From the NCBI RefSeq assembly GCF_009914755.1, contig NC_060926.1: a stretch of 64,000 nucleotides of DNA, one strand, 5' to 3'. The notes under the pieces are model-generated. The model made no database searches. It had not been told where the DNA came from and saw only the letters and a list, made by a program, of their open reading frames with translations. The DNA comes from the human T2T-CHM13v2.0 reference genome, Homo sapiens. The translations under genes were made by a program, and so were the position numbers. Of this stretch, positions 42,901 to 57,489 are shown piece by piece; within the stretch, counting starts at the first letter, position 1, and each line of letters begins with the position of its first letter.

Positions 42901-42941
42901 GTATAGAAGAAGTTTGAGAAAAGGAGGTTTTCCAAATGGTG

Positions 42942-43135
42942 CTGTATTTAGCTATCTATTGCTATATAACAAATCACTACAAACTTAGTCACTTAAAACA
43001 ACACCCATTTCACAATTTCTATAGGTCAGGGACCTGAGCATAACTTACCATCTTCTGTTTCAAAGTCTCACATAGTCTACAGTCAAAGTGTTGGCCAGGT
43101 GTCTCACCTGAAGGCTCAATTGGGATAGAGTCCGT
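42942..43135 (-). mobile_element. MLT1 (E/F/G-like) LTR fragment
   Basis: tatctattgctatataacaaatcactacaaacttagtcacttaaaacaacac. Confidence 0.65.
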
Positions 43136-43298
43136 TATACACTGGTGGTGGGGCCTGGTCCTAGCTGTAGTTAGTGTGCAGGTGACAGAGGGGGCCATTG
43201 GGTAGGCTCTTAAAATCAGCAACAGAGGCTCATCTATCTTCAGATACTAAGAGAAAGGATAGCTTGTCTTAATCTAATAGGTTAAAATCTGTAGGGAC

Positions 43299-43595
43299 GG
43301 CTGGGCATGGAGGCTCACGTCTGTAATCCAAGAACTTTGGGAGGCCGAGGTAGGCGGATCACCTGAGGTCAGGAGTTTGAGATCAGCCTGGTCAACATGG
43401 TGAAACCCTGTCTCCACTAAAAATACAAAAATTAGCCGGGCATGGAGGCAGGTGCCTGTAATCCCAGCTACTCAGAAGACTCAAGCAGGGAGAATTGCTT
43501 GAACCCACGAGGCAGAGGTTGCAGTGAGGCAAGATCAGGCCGCTGCACTCCAGCCTGGGTGACAGAGTGAGACTCTGTCTCAAAAAAAAAAAAAA
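43299..43595 (+). mobile_element. AluS (Sx-like)
   Basis: TSD aaaatctgtagggac at 43284-43298 and 43596-43610. Confidence 0.93.
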
Positions 43596-44289
43596 AAAAT
43601 CTGTAGGGACAAAAGAACAGAGTATATTTAATGTAGGTAAACTGTGGCTTAAACTAAGACTACATGTTTGGGTATCTTTTCTGTAGTTGACATATTTTTG
43701 GAAATGTAATATTTTTGGCCATGTCAAAATAAGATAGATCGACAACTGAAGAAATGAAGGCTTCTTGTCATTTCCTTTTGTGGTATTTTAGCGAAATCCG
43801 TGGTAAGACCTCAGTCCTCTGAAATGTTGGGACTGTAGGTGAAAGCAAAAACAACAACAGCACAGCTGACATTTCACATAAAATTGTGTGCCCAATGCTT
43901 GCATTTACATACTCAATTACTTTCCTAGAACATGCATGTTAAGACATATATCTACCATTTTACATATATATTGAGCCTGCACTATATGCCGGGGACTATG
44001 CTTGTCACTGGAGATATGGCAGATAACAAGACAAGCTTTGTGGTTAAGATTTAAAGGGATAAATAATTAAATCCCTTGTCCTCAGAGTGCTAAATTGTGT
44101 CACATAGAAACATAAGTATCAAGTATGAATAAAAACTGCTTTGTGACTGATGGATTAGAAACTACAGTGCGATTCAAAGTCCAAAATTGACTTCCTACTT
44201 CTCCATGGATGTATAGTGGAGACCCCGTGAATGCTTCTGCCCATGGTAAAGTGGTGGGGAAAACCTTTGTGGTCTGTAGGTTGGGGGAG

Positions 44290-44401
44290 AGTGATGAGAG
44301 ATGGAGAGACAGAGACAGAGGGACAGGCAGACAGAAAGAGAAAGGGACAGAGACAGAAAGAGACAGAGGGAAAGAGGGAGACAGAAGAAGAGAGAAAGGC
44401 A

Positions 44402-44439
<38 letters not shown>
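44290..44439. repeat. GA-rich tract followed by (AC)n microsatellite
   Basis: Read directly from the sequence. Confidence 0.9.
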
Positions 44440-44443
<4 letters not shown>

Positions 44444-45886
44444 CTTGTTCAAAGTCTCTTCCCTTTTATCCTCCAGGGAGCAGGGATGGTGGGCATGGCC
44501 AACATGGGGGACTGTTAGCAATCCTGCTCCTGGTTAACACCTCATCAGAGATGTGGCTCTCTGTGGGATATTTTTGAGGAGAGGGCCTTCTGCTTGGTTC
44601 GCCTACAGGGCCACTGGCTAGCCGGCTCTGGGGCAAAGAGCGTGGGCCAGGGAGATTGAGAGTTGAAAGTGATTTTGCTATTTCAGGGTCTTTTGACTTC
44701 AGGTGTGTTACTTATCTTCACTGAACCTCAGTTTGCCTACCTGTAGGATGGGATGTTTCTACCTACCGTAGTGGGTTGGGAGGATTAAGAATGAACACAC
44801 GCCAACCATGACATGTGTGATATGTAGCAGGTGTTCAGCGAATGTTGGCTTCCTCTTCTCCCCCTTCAAGGCTGGTTTTTCCATCCCCTTTCCATTCTTA
44901 TTGTTTCCTTCTAATATTCCTTCCATTCTGAGAAAGAGTAAGCTCAAATTTCTTCAGAAGTTTTGCAAAGGTTTGGTGGAGGTAGGGGAAAGAGTAAGAG
45001 GTTCTTTTGGCACCAAGTTTATTGCACTTTGGAGTTTTCCATGACTTGTGAAGGGATGGGGTGAGAAGAGAGAATGGGACCATAGACTTGGAGGTATCAG
45101 TGTCAGGAAGTCACACAGAGGTTGGAAGGTGGAGGCAGGAGTGCCCAATGCCCTACACAGGTCGTTGTCATCCTGCAGACTCCAGGAGGGAGAAGCAGGT
45201 CAGGTGAGTTCTGTGCACACCAAACCACGGGACTACAGAGACTCCTTTGTATTAAAGAGAGTATTGCAGGTGGTTGCTTCCTGTCAGCCACCTCTGATGT
45301 GAAATGGCTGAGTTACTAGGAGAGACCTTGTGTACAGTCAGGCATACATTTCAATTACAGTTCAGCTACTTTTTAGCTGGATTTCTCTGAGCAAAAAATT
45401 TGACTTCTCTGAGCCTTTATTACCTCATAGCGTTTTTGAGAAAATCACATGGGAGAATTTCTAAAAATGTGCTCCATAAATAGCGCTATTTTGATTTTGG
45501 TGTCTACGCAACCCCAGCATCAGCTCTCCCTGTTGCTGTCCAGAGTTACCTTCCTCCACTTTAAGTTAATCCCACCTGCAGGGGACCTTGGCCATTTATA
45601 TGGCTTTATACCATAAGTGTACTTTATAGTACACATTCATAGTATAGGGCTGGGGAGGTATTATTCAAGCTACCAAAATATAAGTAAGAAACAAGAGTCT
45701 CATTGCCCTTTCTGGGAAAAGGATGGGCAGCAAATACTTTCCAAGGTCTCCTCTGCCTCTCTCAGATAGGGCCTGGGCCACTGCTTCCTCTCTTGCTGGT
45801 TTCCTCCTGGAGCTCTGGTGGAAAGAAGGCTACCCTTCACTTTCCTGCCTCTTCCCTGAATTTTCCCAATAAACCAGTAACTTCAG

Positions 45887-45888
<2 letters not shown>

Positions 45889-45935
<47 letters not shown>
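45889..45935. repeat. (TC)n microsatellite
   Basis: Read directly from the sequence. Confidence 0.95.
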
Positions 45936-45939
<4 letters not shown>

Positions 45940-46768
45940 ATTCATCTATCCATCTTCCTACCTATCAGGGTTTGGCAAACTCTTCTGAATAGCAGGAAGG
46001 AATTACAGTGTAGAAAGAAAAAAAAATCAGTCAAGTGTAACTGTTCTCATAGTTCCAGGGAAAAGAATAATAAATGAACTAACTCATTCACAGACAAAAT
46101 GCACCAATCCTGGCTTTACCCCTGGTTTTGAGGATAGCCTTCCTATCCTCATTCCATCCACACTTCCCTCTTAAATCAATAAAAGGCAAAATCCTAAACT
46201 TCTGTTTGGAAATGTGGAAAGGAATATGCAGGGAAGCAACATGATCGTCCCTAAAGCCAGTCTGGAACCAAGTGACTGACAGAGGCCCACATAGGCACAT
46301 GATGTGTGTAGAAATCAGTCTAGGTGTATGTCCAGGTGTGTTCAAAGACTGAATGGAGACCTCCTCTGCAACTGCTGATCTCTCTTGACTAAGGAAATTG
46401 GAAACCTAAACCTAAAACAAAACAAAAAACTCACACATAAACCTGTGTCATGAGTAACTTCACTGGACACCAGGAAAAAGTCTTTTAGGCTGGGAGAAGG
46501 CCCTGGTCCATAGGCCCCAGCAGCCTCTCCCTATAGTTTGTCCAGGAGCTTAGCTCACTAACAATGAGTCTGAATAAAGAAGGAATCAGTACAGAATCTA
46601 TACAACAGCAATATATAAAAAATGAGAAAAGAAATAGCAAACATATACAGCAGATAAGCAAGCCCCACAGAAAAAACGTTACCATGGGTCAGATGAACAT
46701 TGTGATTAAACCAATTGCTGAGAATTTTCTAAAATCTTAGTGAAGAAACAGAGTTTTATAAAAAAATA

Positions 46769-47061
46769 AGCCAGGCACAGTGGCTCACACCTGTAATTCC
46801 AGCACTTTGGGAGGCTGAGGTGGACAGATTGCTTGAGCTCAGGAGTTCAAGACTAGCCTGGGCAAAATGGCAAAACCCCATCTCTACAAAAAAAATACAG
46901 AAATATGCAGGCATGGTAGTGTGTGCCTGTAGTCCTAGCTACTTGGGAGGCTGAGGCAGGAGGATCGCTTGAGCCCAGGAGGTCAAGGCTGCAGTGAGCT
47001 ATGACTGCACCACTGCACTCCATCCTGGGCAACAGAGCAAGACCTTGCCTGAATAAAAAAA
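46769..47061 (+). mobile_element. AluJ
   Basis: gattgcttgagctcaggagttc; ggatcgcttgagcccaggaggtcaaggctgcagtgagctatga. Confidence 0.9.
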
Positions 47062-47419
47062 TAGAATTCTTTAGAAAACCAGAGCCCAAAGATAGGGGCT
47101 CAGGGATGACATGGTCAGATAAGAGAATGAGATAAAGCATGAATTGAGAGAGGTCTTGAAAGGGGTGGATGAGAAATAAAACGACTATAGGAAGGAAAGC
47201 CAGATGGGAAGCAGTGCAGAAGGGAAGAGCTGATGTTGAAACTGTCAAAGGTAATGGATGATAAGATGGAGAAAGATGGGAAAAAAAATTCATATGAGCC
47301 AAGAGTCATAAGAGGATTGCAGAGAAAGTGAGAAATAAGCAAGACAGACAAAGAAGTTCAAACCACCCATAATTGATGCCTCCAAAGAAGATAACCAAAT
47401 ATGTTATTACATATTTTAA

Positions 47420-47740
47420 GAAGGTTGGGGGTAGAAATTGGGGAGATGTTGTTCAAAGGATGCAGAATTCTTGTTCATTAGAGGAGTAGTTCAAGAGATC
47501 TATTGTATTATACACTAGATATACAATGGTGACTATAGTTAGCAATATATTATATTTTTTAAAAATGCTGAGAGTGGATGTCAAGTGTTCTCAACATAAA
47601 CATGATAAAACTATGTGTGGTAATGCATAGATTCATTAGCTAGAGTCAGTCACTCCACAATGTGTACATACTTCAACCATATGTCATACACAGTAAATAT
47701 GTACAATTTTATCTGTCATTAAAACATAAATAAATTCAAC
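47420..47740 (+). mobile_element. L1MA 3' end
   Basis: gttcaagagatctattgta...atggtgactatagtt...gtgttctcaac...caattttatctgtca. Confidence 0.7.
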
Positions 47741-49389
47741 CTTCCTACCAAAAATAAAAAATAAAGATATAATCCAAGTACAATTACTAAAAATAAAGAA
47801 AGACTTGGCTCTTCAGCTTGAAAGATCATAACAGTATGTCTTAGAGGGAAATATTTACAGAACCATTGATATGGAGCCTCATCTGAGTGAAGTTACTGAA
47901 CATCAGAGAGAAAGAAAGAATCTTTTGGACAGGTAGATCAAGAGACCAAATTACCTCTTAACGGGAAAATACCGGCCTGGCTCAAAGCACTTCACAGCCT
48001 CAATCGACCCTTGAAGTCAGTAGAGCAAAGTCTACAAAGTCCTAAAGAGAAAACGTGTATTTTATAGCAGTCTGTACCATGCATCATAAATAAGACAGCA
48101 GAAAACATCTTTGAACCTGCAAGCGTTTAGGGAGTGTGGTTCCCATGAGTCACTTTCGAAGAAACTACTAAAGGATGACATTCAGGCAATTTTTTACTGG
48201 AAAAAAAAATATGGTAAAAAGACCACCAGGGAGCACTGACTGACTCCATTAAGGTGTAGGGTTAAGACCAAAGTGATCTGGTTACTGGCATGTCGAAATT
48301 ATGCAGCTGATGAAAACCAGGAGACAAGGAAACTGTGTACTGGAGAAGGTAAAGGAGGCAGGTGTTTTCCCTTGTTTAATATTTGCTATTTTCTGAATTT
48401 TGGCCCACAGACACTTATTATCTATTCAAGAAATAAATAATGTATTTAAAAACAACATGAAAAGGATGAGCCAACAGTTGAAGCTTCACTGTCTGTCAGC
48501 TAGAAACGAAAAGATATGTACAGTTCTGTATTATCTCAACCACAACAAATTGGGGTGGAGAGGAGTTGTTCTCTCACACAGTCAGGAAAAAGGATAAGAA
48601 GAAAAAGGAAAGGAAAGGGAGCATTCTTTCTTAGGGTTGGCATTTTCCCGGCAACCAGCATTCGAGTCATCCTTCTACAAGGACACCTTGTTACGTTGGT
48701 GTGCATTTGTGAAAGGAAGAGGTTATTGGGCTGACGTTTCATATCAAATGATGTCCATAGTGAGCCTGTGGCTTTTCATTCCTGTGAGCCTCACTAGATC
48801 CCCATGGCTTCCTTCCCCAAGTTCTGCCCTAACCTTGGTTCCAGAGTGGTTCAGATGGCATCTAAGCCTCAGCAGCTGGTCTCTGGTGGTTCAGTCCTGG
48901 ATGCCTTCTCATCTTCAGAGCCACCCGTTTTCCATGTTGTAGTCTCATTCATCTCTCTGGGCCTCAGTTTCCTGGCCTGGGATTCTGCTTTGCTTTGTTT
49001 GGCTTTCTCCTACTCCTCCCAGCTTCTCCCCCAAGAGAATGTGGCCTTTTCCTTGAATCCCAGCCCAGTAGCAAGACCCTACCATACCTTAGAAAGCTCT
49101 GTTGGACAATGATAGACTGAACCCTGTCCTCATTGTGTCAAAGCCTCCTCAGTGGGACCCTTCCACCTTCTTTTGCAATGTCCAGTTCTATTTTTACATT
49201 AGGCTTATTGTTATTGTTGAGTGGCGTTTGGCTACCTGACGTCCCAGTGTGGACCAAATTAACTTCATGACCTTTGACTTGAATGGGTAGGTTTCTTGCC
49301 AAGCTCTAACATCCCTCTCCTTCTGTTGGAACGTGGACTCATCAATTCTTTTGCCTGATTATTTAACTCAATTATCCATAAGAGTGCAC

Positions 49390-49541
49390 CTCAATTTTAA
49401 TGTCCCTATGAATGATCTGGGTTCTTATTAAAATGTAAATTCTAGTTCATTAGAGCTGGTGATAGTCTACACATCTAATGAGCTTCTAGATGATGATATC
49501 AGGCACTCCTGGATATATAGACCACAGTTTGAGTAGCAAGG
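49390..49541. mobile_element. MER5-like (hAT-Charlie) element
   Basis: cttattaaaatgtaaattct...gaccacagtttgagtagcaagg. Confidence 0.55.
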
Positions 49542-49604
49542 AATCTGTATCATATCACTTTAATTGGAGAGAGAAAGATTTTTTTAAGAAATTTATTTTT
49601 TGCT

Positions 49605-50340
49605 AATCAAAACCACAATGAGATAACCATCTCACACCAGTCAGAATGGCGATTATTAAAAAGTCAGGAAACAACAGATGCTGGTGAGGCTGTGGAGAAA
49701 TAGGAACGCTTTTACACTGTTGGTAGGAGTGCAAATTAGTTCAACCATTGTGGAAGACAGTGTGGAGATTTCTCAAGGATCTACAACCAGAAATACCATT
49801 TGACCTAGCAATCCCATTACTGGGTATATACCACCCCCCCCCAAATTCTAAATTATTCTACTATAAAGACACATGCACACATATGCATATTGCAGCACTA
49901 TTTACAGTAGCAAAGACTTGGAACAAACCCAAATGCCCATCAATGATAGACTGGGTAAAAAAATATGGCACATATACACCACGGAATACTATGCAGCCAT
50001 AAAAAAGAATGAATTCATGTCCTTTGCAGGGACATGGATAAAGCTGGAAGCCATCATTCTCAGCAAACTAACACAGGAAGAGAAAACCAAACAGCGCATG
50101 TTCTCACTCACAAGTTGAATAATGAGAACACTTGGACACAGTAAGGAGAACATCACACACTGGGGCCTGTTGCGGGGTGGGGGTCAAGGGGAGGGAGAGA
50201 ATTAGGACAAATGCCTAATGCATGTGGGGCTTAAAACCTAGATGACTCTTGATAGGTGCAGCAAACCACCATGGCACATGTATACCATATAACAAACCTG
50301 CAGGTTCTGGATGTATACCCCAGAACTTAAAGTAAAATTT
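49605..50340 (+). mobile_element. L1PA 3' end (older L1PA), ~730 bp
   Basis: ORF2 C-terminal remnant (WKTVWRFLKDL...PFDLAIPLLGIY) and an L1PA 3'UTR. Confidence 0.9.
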
Positions 50341-50344
50341 TTTA

Positions 50345-50670
50345 AAAAATTGTTTTTAATTGGCAAATAATAATTGTGTATATTTATGAGGTACAGTGTG
50401 ATGTTTTGATATATGTTTACAGTATGGAATGATTAAATCAGGTTAATTAAGCAATCCATCACCTCATATACTTTTTTTGCTGTGAAAACATTTAAAATCT
50501 ACTCTTAGAAATACACAACACATGATTATCTTTTTGAAATAGACAATGCATTATGATTCATTATAGTCCCCATTTTGTGCAACAGGTCACTAAAGCTTAT
50601 TCCTCCTGTCTAGCTGCGCTCTTCACTCTGTACTCTTTACTCTTTGACCAACATGTCCCCTTTCCACCAC
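50345..50670 (-). mobile_element. L1MA 3' end
   Basis: taattgtgtatatttatgaggtacagtgtgatgttttgatatatg...catttaaaatctactctt. Confidence 0.7.
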
Positions 50671-51343
50671 AGTTACCTTTCAGGCTCTTGGGTTCTGGAA
50701 AGATGTGTTTTTGACATTGCAACTTGGAAGTCACAATGCATTTTTCACAAAACAGTGCAGCTAGATGTAGTAAAAATAGTATGATTAGAGCTGTAATTTG
50801 GGAGTTTGTGGGTTAAATAAGCTTTTGCTCACTGTCTGGAAATCATACCACCAGGAATGAAGTTGTCACTGAGGAAGAATCTACTCAAGGTTGCAACCAG
50901 CTTATATGCAGAATTCAACCTGGGCTTAAATGGGGCAGTGGACTTTGCTGGATTTCTCACAGCAAAGCTTTTTCTCAAGCTTAAAATATGCACCCCTTTT
51001 TGAATGACTGAATCTAACATGAATGATTTTTACTTGTTGCCAACTTACGTGCCTTGAAATCCTGAGACATGTCCTTTCATGTTGAATTTTCCTTAGGAAT
51101 TAAAGAAATCCTTAATAAATGTCTTGCAATTATAATCAACTTTAATTACTTGTTGCTATGGAGTTTTGCTTGGTTACAAATTCTTCATCTGCTGTTTCTA
51201 ATTCAGCTCAAGTTTCTGTGGCTAAAGGGATATTTTGACTCTAATGAGAGAAAATACATAAATTTTTTAATAGTTTTAGTCTTTCTTCTAGCAATGGCTA
51301 TCCAAGCAGTACCAAGAGAAGAAAGCAGAACAGGGTAGAGTGA

Positions 51344-51676
<333 letters not shown>

Positions 51677-52199
51677 TCTAGTACTGATCTTAAGAAGAAA
51701 GATTTGGAATGGTTTGCCTTTTCCAGAATGGAAATTTTGCTGTAATAGCTTGAGAACAGGAGAAAAGAATATTTGTCAATAGGCTAATCCTAAAGCTTAA
51801 GCTACTAGTTGGAAAGCAGTGTCCCCACCACAAGTTTTGTGCTGCTTTTTCCTGAAGAAATTTTTTAAAGTTTCGTTATGTGTCAAAACAATTTTGATGG
51901 TTTCATCCTACATTTAGTAGAGGAAAATAAAAATCATCTCCATACCAGACCAGATGAATCTAACAAAATCTTTTTTTTAAAAAGAAGGTATTGTATTAAA
52001 TGAGAGCAGCATCAAACTGCAATCATGCATGGCCTTGCTGCGAACACTTACATCCATGCCACTCATGAGAGCTGAGCATTTGCCGTTGTACGTTCCTTGG
52101 TCTACTGTTCTCTTCTGTCATGTAAGAGTGGGCCTTGGGCATGAAGGCTGAAGAATTTAGAGGTAAAGGGCCAACATTTTTTGAAACCTATTTTGAAAT

Positions 52200-52916
52200 C
52201 ATGGCTTTATAATGTGTCAACTTGACTAAGCTGAAATATGTTCCCAGGATTCCCTCTTCTGTATGTTTCTCATTAGGTTGGACCACAAAAGACAAACGGG
52301 AGATTTTGAGGGCAGAGGGGAAGCCACAGCCATTTGGCAGTTCTAGTGCATCATCAAGGAGTACCTGGCTCCCCTCTCCCCCTCACCTGTTGGCAAGCAT
52401 TCTGCCTTCCCCGGGACCTCCTCCAGCTGCTCCAGCTCCTGGGTCATGTGTGTGCTTTTAGCTTCATAAGGAGGGACCCGTGTCTTCCCCCTTCCCCTCA
52501 CCTGTTGGTGTGAGTCAGCGGGGCCTGCAAGCATTCCGCCTTCTCTGGAATCCTCCTCCAGCTGTTCCAGCTCCTGGGACAGGTGTGTGCATTTATCTTC
52601 ATAGGGAGGGACCCCTGGCTTCATTAGGCCACCGACTTCATCAGGGTTGGAAGCGACAAGAATGACGGGAGTCTACCAATGGTAGACTTACCTGCTCCCT
52701 GAAGACCAGTCATCTGTCCATCCAGGTGAAGGCCCAGCTCACACTAGTGGGTTCCAGCCTGCTCTTGGTCTCCCCCATTCCACATCCATCTTGCTTTCTT
52801 GACTCTTGCTCTGTGAGCCTTAAGCTCCAGCATAAAACATGAAGAACAGCCTTGCAGATATGAAGAAATACAGATAAACAGTGACTCTGCTTTTCTGATT
52901 GAACCCAGCTGATACA
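52200..52916 (+). mobile_element. ERVL-type LTR (LTR52/LTR50-like) with an internal duplication
   Basis: Begins ttataatgtgtcaacttgactaagctg and ends ctctgcttttctgattgaacccagctgataca. Confidence 0.6.
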
Positions 52917-52939
52917 CAAGCCTACCTGCATATACAAAT

Positions 52940-53090
52940 AAGAACATATTTATGTATGCATATTATATGTATATATATATATATTCATATATATTATATA
53001 TATTCATGTTTATATAATATATACATTTTATTTTTGTATAAACATTTATATATTTATGCTTATATGTACAAACAGAAACATATGTAAATG
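52940..53090. repeat. AT-rich (TA)n low-complexity tract
   Basis: Read directly from the sequence. Confidence 0.85.
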
Positions 53091-54669
53091 TATTTGAAAT
53101 GTTAAAAGAAATCAAATAAATTGTTAACAATTATTAAACCTAGATAGTGAGTGTGTGATTGTTTATTTTATTCTTCTTTCAACTTTTTCTTGTGTTTGAA
53201 CTTTCCTATATAAATAATTTGGGAAAAGAAAGAATAGGTCTTAACAATAAGTAAAGCCTCCAGATCCTTAGTCCAAAGAGCTGTGGAGTAAAGTCTCAGC
53301 AAAAGTTTTCTTTTCACTGAAATTAAATATCATTACATAAGTATTGAAGTGCCCACTAGGTGCCAGGCACTGTCCTAGGTGCTGAGGAGTGAATGGCAAG
53401 AAAATCATGAGTTCCTTGCTTCCTGCAGTTTATATTCTAGGGTTTCTCTAAACAGCCATGGTTCTTTGAAGTCTTACATTCTGGCTTCTCATGGCCACTC
53501 CTGGTATAAACCAAAAATGCAAATGGTAGTAAGCAACCATAGATTTCCCCTGCTGTCTGAAGAGTAGCCATTAACTGTTTCTTTTGTTTCCAGTGGGAAC
53601 CTATCATATGCTTGGCCCTGATTAACGAATAAGATGCCAGGGACCTTTTTTGGACTATGGTCTTCCAGTTGTACCTGGACAGCAAAACTGACCTCAGTAG
53701 AGGAACTGTTGATGGTTTGGGGGTCCTTTTCAGTTGGGGACTTGCCACTGAGTTGCATATCTGGGCAGTGCTTTGTGAGGATTGTGGTTGGGGGCTGGCG
53801 GAGGTGTGATGCTGGATCACAGGTACCTGGACTCAGAGTTAAGGGGATGATGAGTGGAGACGGGCTGAAGACAAGCACAGGCTTCACAAGCTGAGATCCT
53901 CCTCTGTCAGCAAGTCTCGGTATGCCTGTTGTGACACATGTCTTTTGATGAAAGGTTCTAAATGTCTCAGATGACAGTATTTTAGGAGTGTTCTTTTGCT
54001 TTTTGGCAAATACAACATAGGAAAAGCAAGCTTTTGTAGTTTTGGAAGGGAAAGAATAAGTGGAAGATTACAATCTCAATATGCTTAAAACCATTTGGTC
54101 TCTATAAGCTCAAAAGTGGGGCAGGTTGTCACTTTTATTATCATCTGCCAGTGAATTGTCTCTATGCCAGCACTGTCCCTCTGTAATGATGGCATCAGCT
54201 TCTAGCTGTGGTGAACCTCTGGGCTGACTCTTGCTGGGCATCTCAGCACAAAGCCTCAAATGATGGGAATGAAAAAATACATATACATACGCACACATTA
54301 ATTACACATATGTATTGATTCACATATTCGTCAGCAACTCTCTTGTTAAGCTGCATTTCCAGTTGTATGGACCCACTTCCTACTGGTAGTACCATCACGA
54401 GGCATGCCACCATCTAATCAAAATCAATGTTGATGTGTTGTAGAAATGTTTTTATAACTGGTGTGCATTGATTCCAGTTGTCTCTTTATTCCTGAATAAA
54501 AGCAGGCAAGAACAACATTGCTTTAAGATGCCTATGGAAAATGTCAACTGTCAGACTGCTATTGTTCTTGCATTGCATTAGAAAGTATATTACTCTATGG
54601 TACTCTATGATCTTAAATAATGATAACCCCACCCATGACATTTCTGTTCTTATTATTACCTCAGAGGCC

Positions 54670-54845
54670 AGTAATAGCTGGTCTCTGAGATGACTGTCTG
54701 TGATCTCACCTTCTGGTATTTATGCCCTTGTGAAGGGCCCTCTACACTGAGTCACAGTTGGCCCTGTGTGCCCCGTAGAATATGGCAGAGGTGCCAGTGT
54801 GTGACTAAGGATAAGTCATAAAAGGAATTTCAATGCCCATCTTTG
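54670..54845 (+). mobile_element. MLT1F-like LTR 5' portion, truncated by L1
   Basis: tgatctcaccttctggtatttatgcccttgtg...gaatatggcagaggtg. Confidence 0.65.
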
Positions 54846-55361
54846 TGTCTTGTTCAAGTTTTCCATAGCTTTAATGATTTTTGTCTATTTGCTCTATAGC
54901 TTACTGAAAGAGTAGGATTGAAATCCCAGACTATAATTACAAATTTGCCAATTTCTTTTCATTTCTATCATTGTTTTGTTTATGTATTTTGAAGCTGTTA
55001 CTAGACACACATGCATGTAGATTATTATGTCTTTTTAATCAGTTCACTCATTTATCATGATAAAATGCTTCCTCTAAATCCCTTTTAATATTGCTTGTTC
55101 TAAAATTCTAAAATTCTTCGTCTATATTAATTAAGCACTCCAGGTTTTTTGATCGATATTTGCATTATATATATACATATATAACTTCCGTGCAAATATA
55201 TATAATGCAAATATATATATATCACACGTGTGTGTGTGTGTATTTCTATCATGCTACTTTCAGCCTGTCTGTGCCTTTATATTTAAAATGTGTTTCTCTT
55301 AAACAACATGCCGTCAAATTTTATTGCTTTATTGATTCAGAAAAGGTTTTTAATTGGTGGA

Positions 55362-55767
55362 TACATGTTGGATTTCAACCAGAGAAGCAAAACCAGTAGG
55401 AGATACATAGTAAGAGATTTACTGTAAGAAATTGGCTTATGTGATTGTGGTAACTGGCTAGGCAAGTTGGAAATCATAGGGCAGGTCACTGGGAAGGGTG
55501 AACCGGAACTCAGGCTTGATGGATGCTGCTGTCCACAGGCAGGATTTCTTCTTCATCGGAGAGGCTTCAGCTCTGCTCTTAGCTCTTTCAACTGACTGAA
55601 TAAGGCTCACCCCGATTATCTAGGATAATTTCCTTTACTTAAAGTCAACTGATTATAGACTTTAATCATGTCTACAAAATAACTTCATAGCAACACCTAG
55701 ATTCATGTTTGATTAAGATATTGTGAACTGTAGCCCACAGAAGCCAACACATCATTAGGCCATCACA
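55362..55767 (-). mobile_element. MLT2 (ERVL) LTR
   Basis: ccagagaagcaaaaccagtaggagat...aagaaattggcttatgtgattgtgg...ttacttaaagtcaactgatt...ccatcaca. Confidence 0.8.
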
Positions 55768-56003
55768 GTGAGGTTGATTACAAGCCATTTACATTAAATG
55801 TAATTATTAATAGAGTTGGGTTTAAATTTACCATGCTGAGATTTATTTTATATTTATTTCCTGTTTCCCTTGTAATTTTTCTGTATTCCCTGACATCTTT
55901 TGCATTGAGCACTTTTTATGGTAGTTATTCCTCTTCATGTTACTTTTTTAATGGTTTCTAAGGGATTTCCAGTATAATTTTTTCACTGAGTGATGAATTC
56001 TAG

Positions 56004-56430
<427 letters not shown>

Positions 56431-57152
56431 CTAAAGTGTCATTTTTAGGAACAAGTTTTAGTGTTCCTTTTTTGGTCACTAGGTTTTAGAAATCTGGTTA
56501 TGATGTGGCTTGAAATGGTTTGAAAGTTTATTTTACTGACCTTCTTGGATCTGAGGACTTACAGTTTTCATAAAGATTTGTAAAACATCAGATGTGGCCA
56601 TTATTTCTTCAAATGTTTTTCCTGTATCTGCCCTTCCTCTCCTAGAACTCCATACAGTGTGTTAGAACATTTAATGGTATACATAGTCATGGATACTCTT
56701 GTTAATTCTGCCCATCTTTTTTCTGTTTTATTTTGAATAGTTTTTTATTGCTTTATATTCCCTTTCACTGATATCTTTTTCTGCAGTGTCTAATTTGCTG
56801 TTAATGGCTCTTCAGATATATTTTACTTTTCGTCTCTAGAAGTTCTATTCGGGTCTTTTCATATGTTACATCTTTCACCTCATCATATTTATGTTTTCCT
56901 ATACATTCATGAACATATGTGGGCTATTTATAACTGTTTTTAACATCCTCTTCTGCTGGTTTCATCATGTCTATCATTTCTGGCTCAGTGGCTAATGAGT
57001 AAATTTTTTTCATGCTTCTTTGTATGGTAACTTTTGTTGGACACAGAACATTGTAAATTTTTTGTTCTCAAGTGCTAGATTTTTTGAATTCTTTACTGGT
57101 GTTTAATTTTGTTTTATCACTTAGTTAAGTTACTTGGAGTCAGATGTTTTAA

Positions 57153-57489
<337 letters not shown>

